The notes beneath the pieces were generated by a model. That model ran no database searches. It was not told the DNA's origin and saw only the letters and a list, made by a program, of their open reading frames with translations. A program made the translations under genes and the position numbers. DNA of 64,000 nucleotides from Lama glama (Eukaryota): positions 13,084,001 through 13,148,000 of the forward strand of contig CM052817.1 of assembly GCA_028534125.1 (NCBI GenBank), read 5' to 3'. Shown here piece by piece: positions 62,134 to 64,000 of this stretch. The number at the start of each line of letters is the position of its first letter. The stretch's first letter is position 1.

Positions 62134-64000
62134 TCAGTGTATTTCTGTAGACTCCCCTTCAATGGATCTCTGCCAGTGGTAAGCATTGTTTCAGTTGCTT
62201 GTGGCTGCTCGACTGTGCAAGGTTGCCTGGAAACGCTCCTTCAGTGCAAAGCTCTCCAGCCACTTTCCATACCTCCCCGTCCAGGGCTTAAAGATTCAGG
62301 AAATCCAGCCACTGGTGTTTCTTTTCAAAATCTTCTTAGTGAAAGAATCATCTCGTGTATGTTGAAAATAGGAAAACAGCTCCCCAGTCGATGGGGCATG
62401 CCATATTTAAAACAAAATGAAGAAACTTCTCCAAAAATTTTTAAATTGTTATTACACATTAAAACAAGTTAAAAATTTTCTTCTCAAGTGAACTGGATGT
62501 AAAATTTTGTTAAACGAGTGTTTTGGAAATATATAATATTAATGGAGGATATTTAAAATGAACATCTACCATGGTCTCTCAGTCTGGAGATTGGGTTCTT
62601 TTCCCAACAAGGTTGCATCATATTCCCACAACCCCTTTCAGCTGGGAAATGTTGAAAGTCAGATACCTTGATTTGGAATATTGATGCTTTTATTACATTT
62701 TAAAATAAGTTAACGTTGTTAGGTAACAGGTTGTGATCATTATTTCTTTTTTCCTTGGTTTGAGTTAACTTCAAGAGGTTTGGGGAATATAAAATTGGTA
62801 TGATGTTGAATGATCCTCATTCAGCTGGTATTACTTGACTTTGCTATCAAGTCATTTTCTCTTTGAAGTACAGCTCAGTCACTTTAACAGCAAATTAAAA
62901 TCTTTGATATAATTTTCCACTATTACTACAAATCCTGATTTTGAAGTATAAAATGGAAATATTATATCATTGTGCATGAGTTAAATACCTGCCACCCCGT
63001 AATACCCATATACCATTACTAGCTTTAAAAAAAATTCTTTACAAAAATGGCACTAAGTGGTGTTCAGTCTTTTTCTTCTGTTAGATGTCGGAAAAAATGA
63101 TTGGTTTGGGATACAGGACAAGAAAGGAAACGTGTGCTCTGCAGTGTTTAAAAGGCATATTATCATCAGTTGTGTCTTACCTACGTTTACAATTTGTTAC
63201 ACTTTTCTCTCCTAACTGTTTTCTCTCTTCCCAGCTTACTTTCCAACTCAGATTGTTAGTAATTCTAATTGTGCGATATTAATATTGCCGACAACACACC
63301 CTCTGACAACTCTCTGTTGATAGATTACATGGTTAAACTGGTTACTAGATATTGAAACTTTTCTATCATATCACGTACATTCAGATGTATTTGATGCTTG
63401 TCTCTAACGTATTTATTTAAATAATTGCTTCTACAGATGCATGAATTGTAGTTGCTGCAGAAATGCATTTTAAGATTACTCATAATGTCCATTTTTAGTT
63501 TTAAATGCCTGTATGACTCGTGGTTGACGTACTAATTTGGATTCATTCATTATGTTGTTTCTGAGGTTAAGAAATTAATCATCAGTCAAAAAAATCAGAT
63601 GTATTTCTTCCCATTCTCTTTCCTTCTATGTCGTAAGCCAAAGTATCCCTCGGGGTAGATCATTGGATCTGCTTGTCAATTGCTGATGGAATTTTTTTTC
63701 GTTCAGATGTATCTCAGGTATCATAAAGTGATCAGACTGGCTTGATTACATAGAGTATTGGGAGCCAAGCGGAAGCAGAAAGCAGGGGCGCATTGCCACC
63801 TGTTTAAGGCATGTATCCACTCTGCTGTTAATACAAGCAGTTAGTTGTGGGCCGCAGATTACTGCAGTGATTAGAAATCTGGTGTTCTTATTATCATCAG
63901 GTTGGGAGTCTGATTTTGATGTGAGTTTAAATTGTTAAGGCAGGTGGAATATCAACAAGCTTATCATGGTGATTTTGAAATTATCATCAAGGAAAAGATG

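Larger units (their letters stand above)
23..64000 (+). other. Very long intron (or non-coding continuation) with no confident coding exon
   Basis: Follows the donor at 23. Repeat-rich and AT-rich, with no long ORF of protein-like composition and no exon I can recognise. Confidence 0.5.

Noticed and set aside
63085..63282. Strong acceptor (tctttttcttctgttag|ATG) with ORF
   Set aside because: No good downstream donor and no recognisable peptide in any frame; such acceptors are common by chance
56200..64000. Apparent transposon-free region
   Set aside because: Faint L2/MIR remnants appear near 61.8 and 62.9 kb; TE-poor at best, and masking is needed to judge
1..64000. CRISPR arrays, tRNA/rRNA/snoRNA/miRNA genes, processed pseudogenes, NUMTs, endogenous viral ORFs
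   Set aside because: None recognised by eye on either strand; an Rfam or tRNAscan search was not possible, so small RNAs cannot be formally excluded

Overview
AT-rich eutherian mammalian genomic DNA; no bacterial, viral or CRISPR content. The window opens on the last 22 nt of a probable + strand exon ending at a canonical donor (GG|GTAAGT). The rest reads as one very long intron with no confidently identifiable coding exon, and I cannot name the host gene. It is filled with ancient repeats: MIR, L2, L3/CR1, L1M fragments, MLT1/ERVL LTRs, hAT MER5/MER20/MER112/MER113/Charlie4-like elements and one Tigger2a-like element. There is one 100-N assembly gap. I recognised no Alu, B1/B2, carnivore SINEC, ERE, PRE-1, Bov-tA or CHR-2 SINE; together with the Tigger2a variant this suggests a laurasiatherian, possibly a camelid (inference only). 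Between the repeats lie about a dozen unique, CpG-retaining blocks dense in developmental transcription-factor motifs (PBX/MEIS/HOX, RFX, SOX, octamer, TCF, CTCF-like). This is the look of a conserved-enhancer array (genomic regulatory block) inside a large intron. Repeat family names are recalled consensus matches, not database hits, and most repeat boundaries are approximate. All listed ORFs appear spurious or repeat-derived. I found no convincing novel biological system. The best leads are the enhancer array, a few candidate cryptic exons, a structured element near 31.8 kb and two unusual L1 rearrangements.
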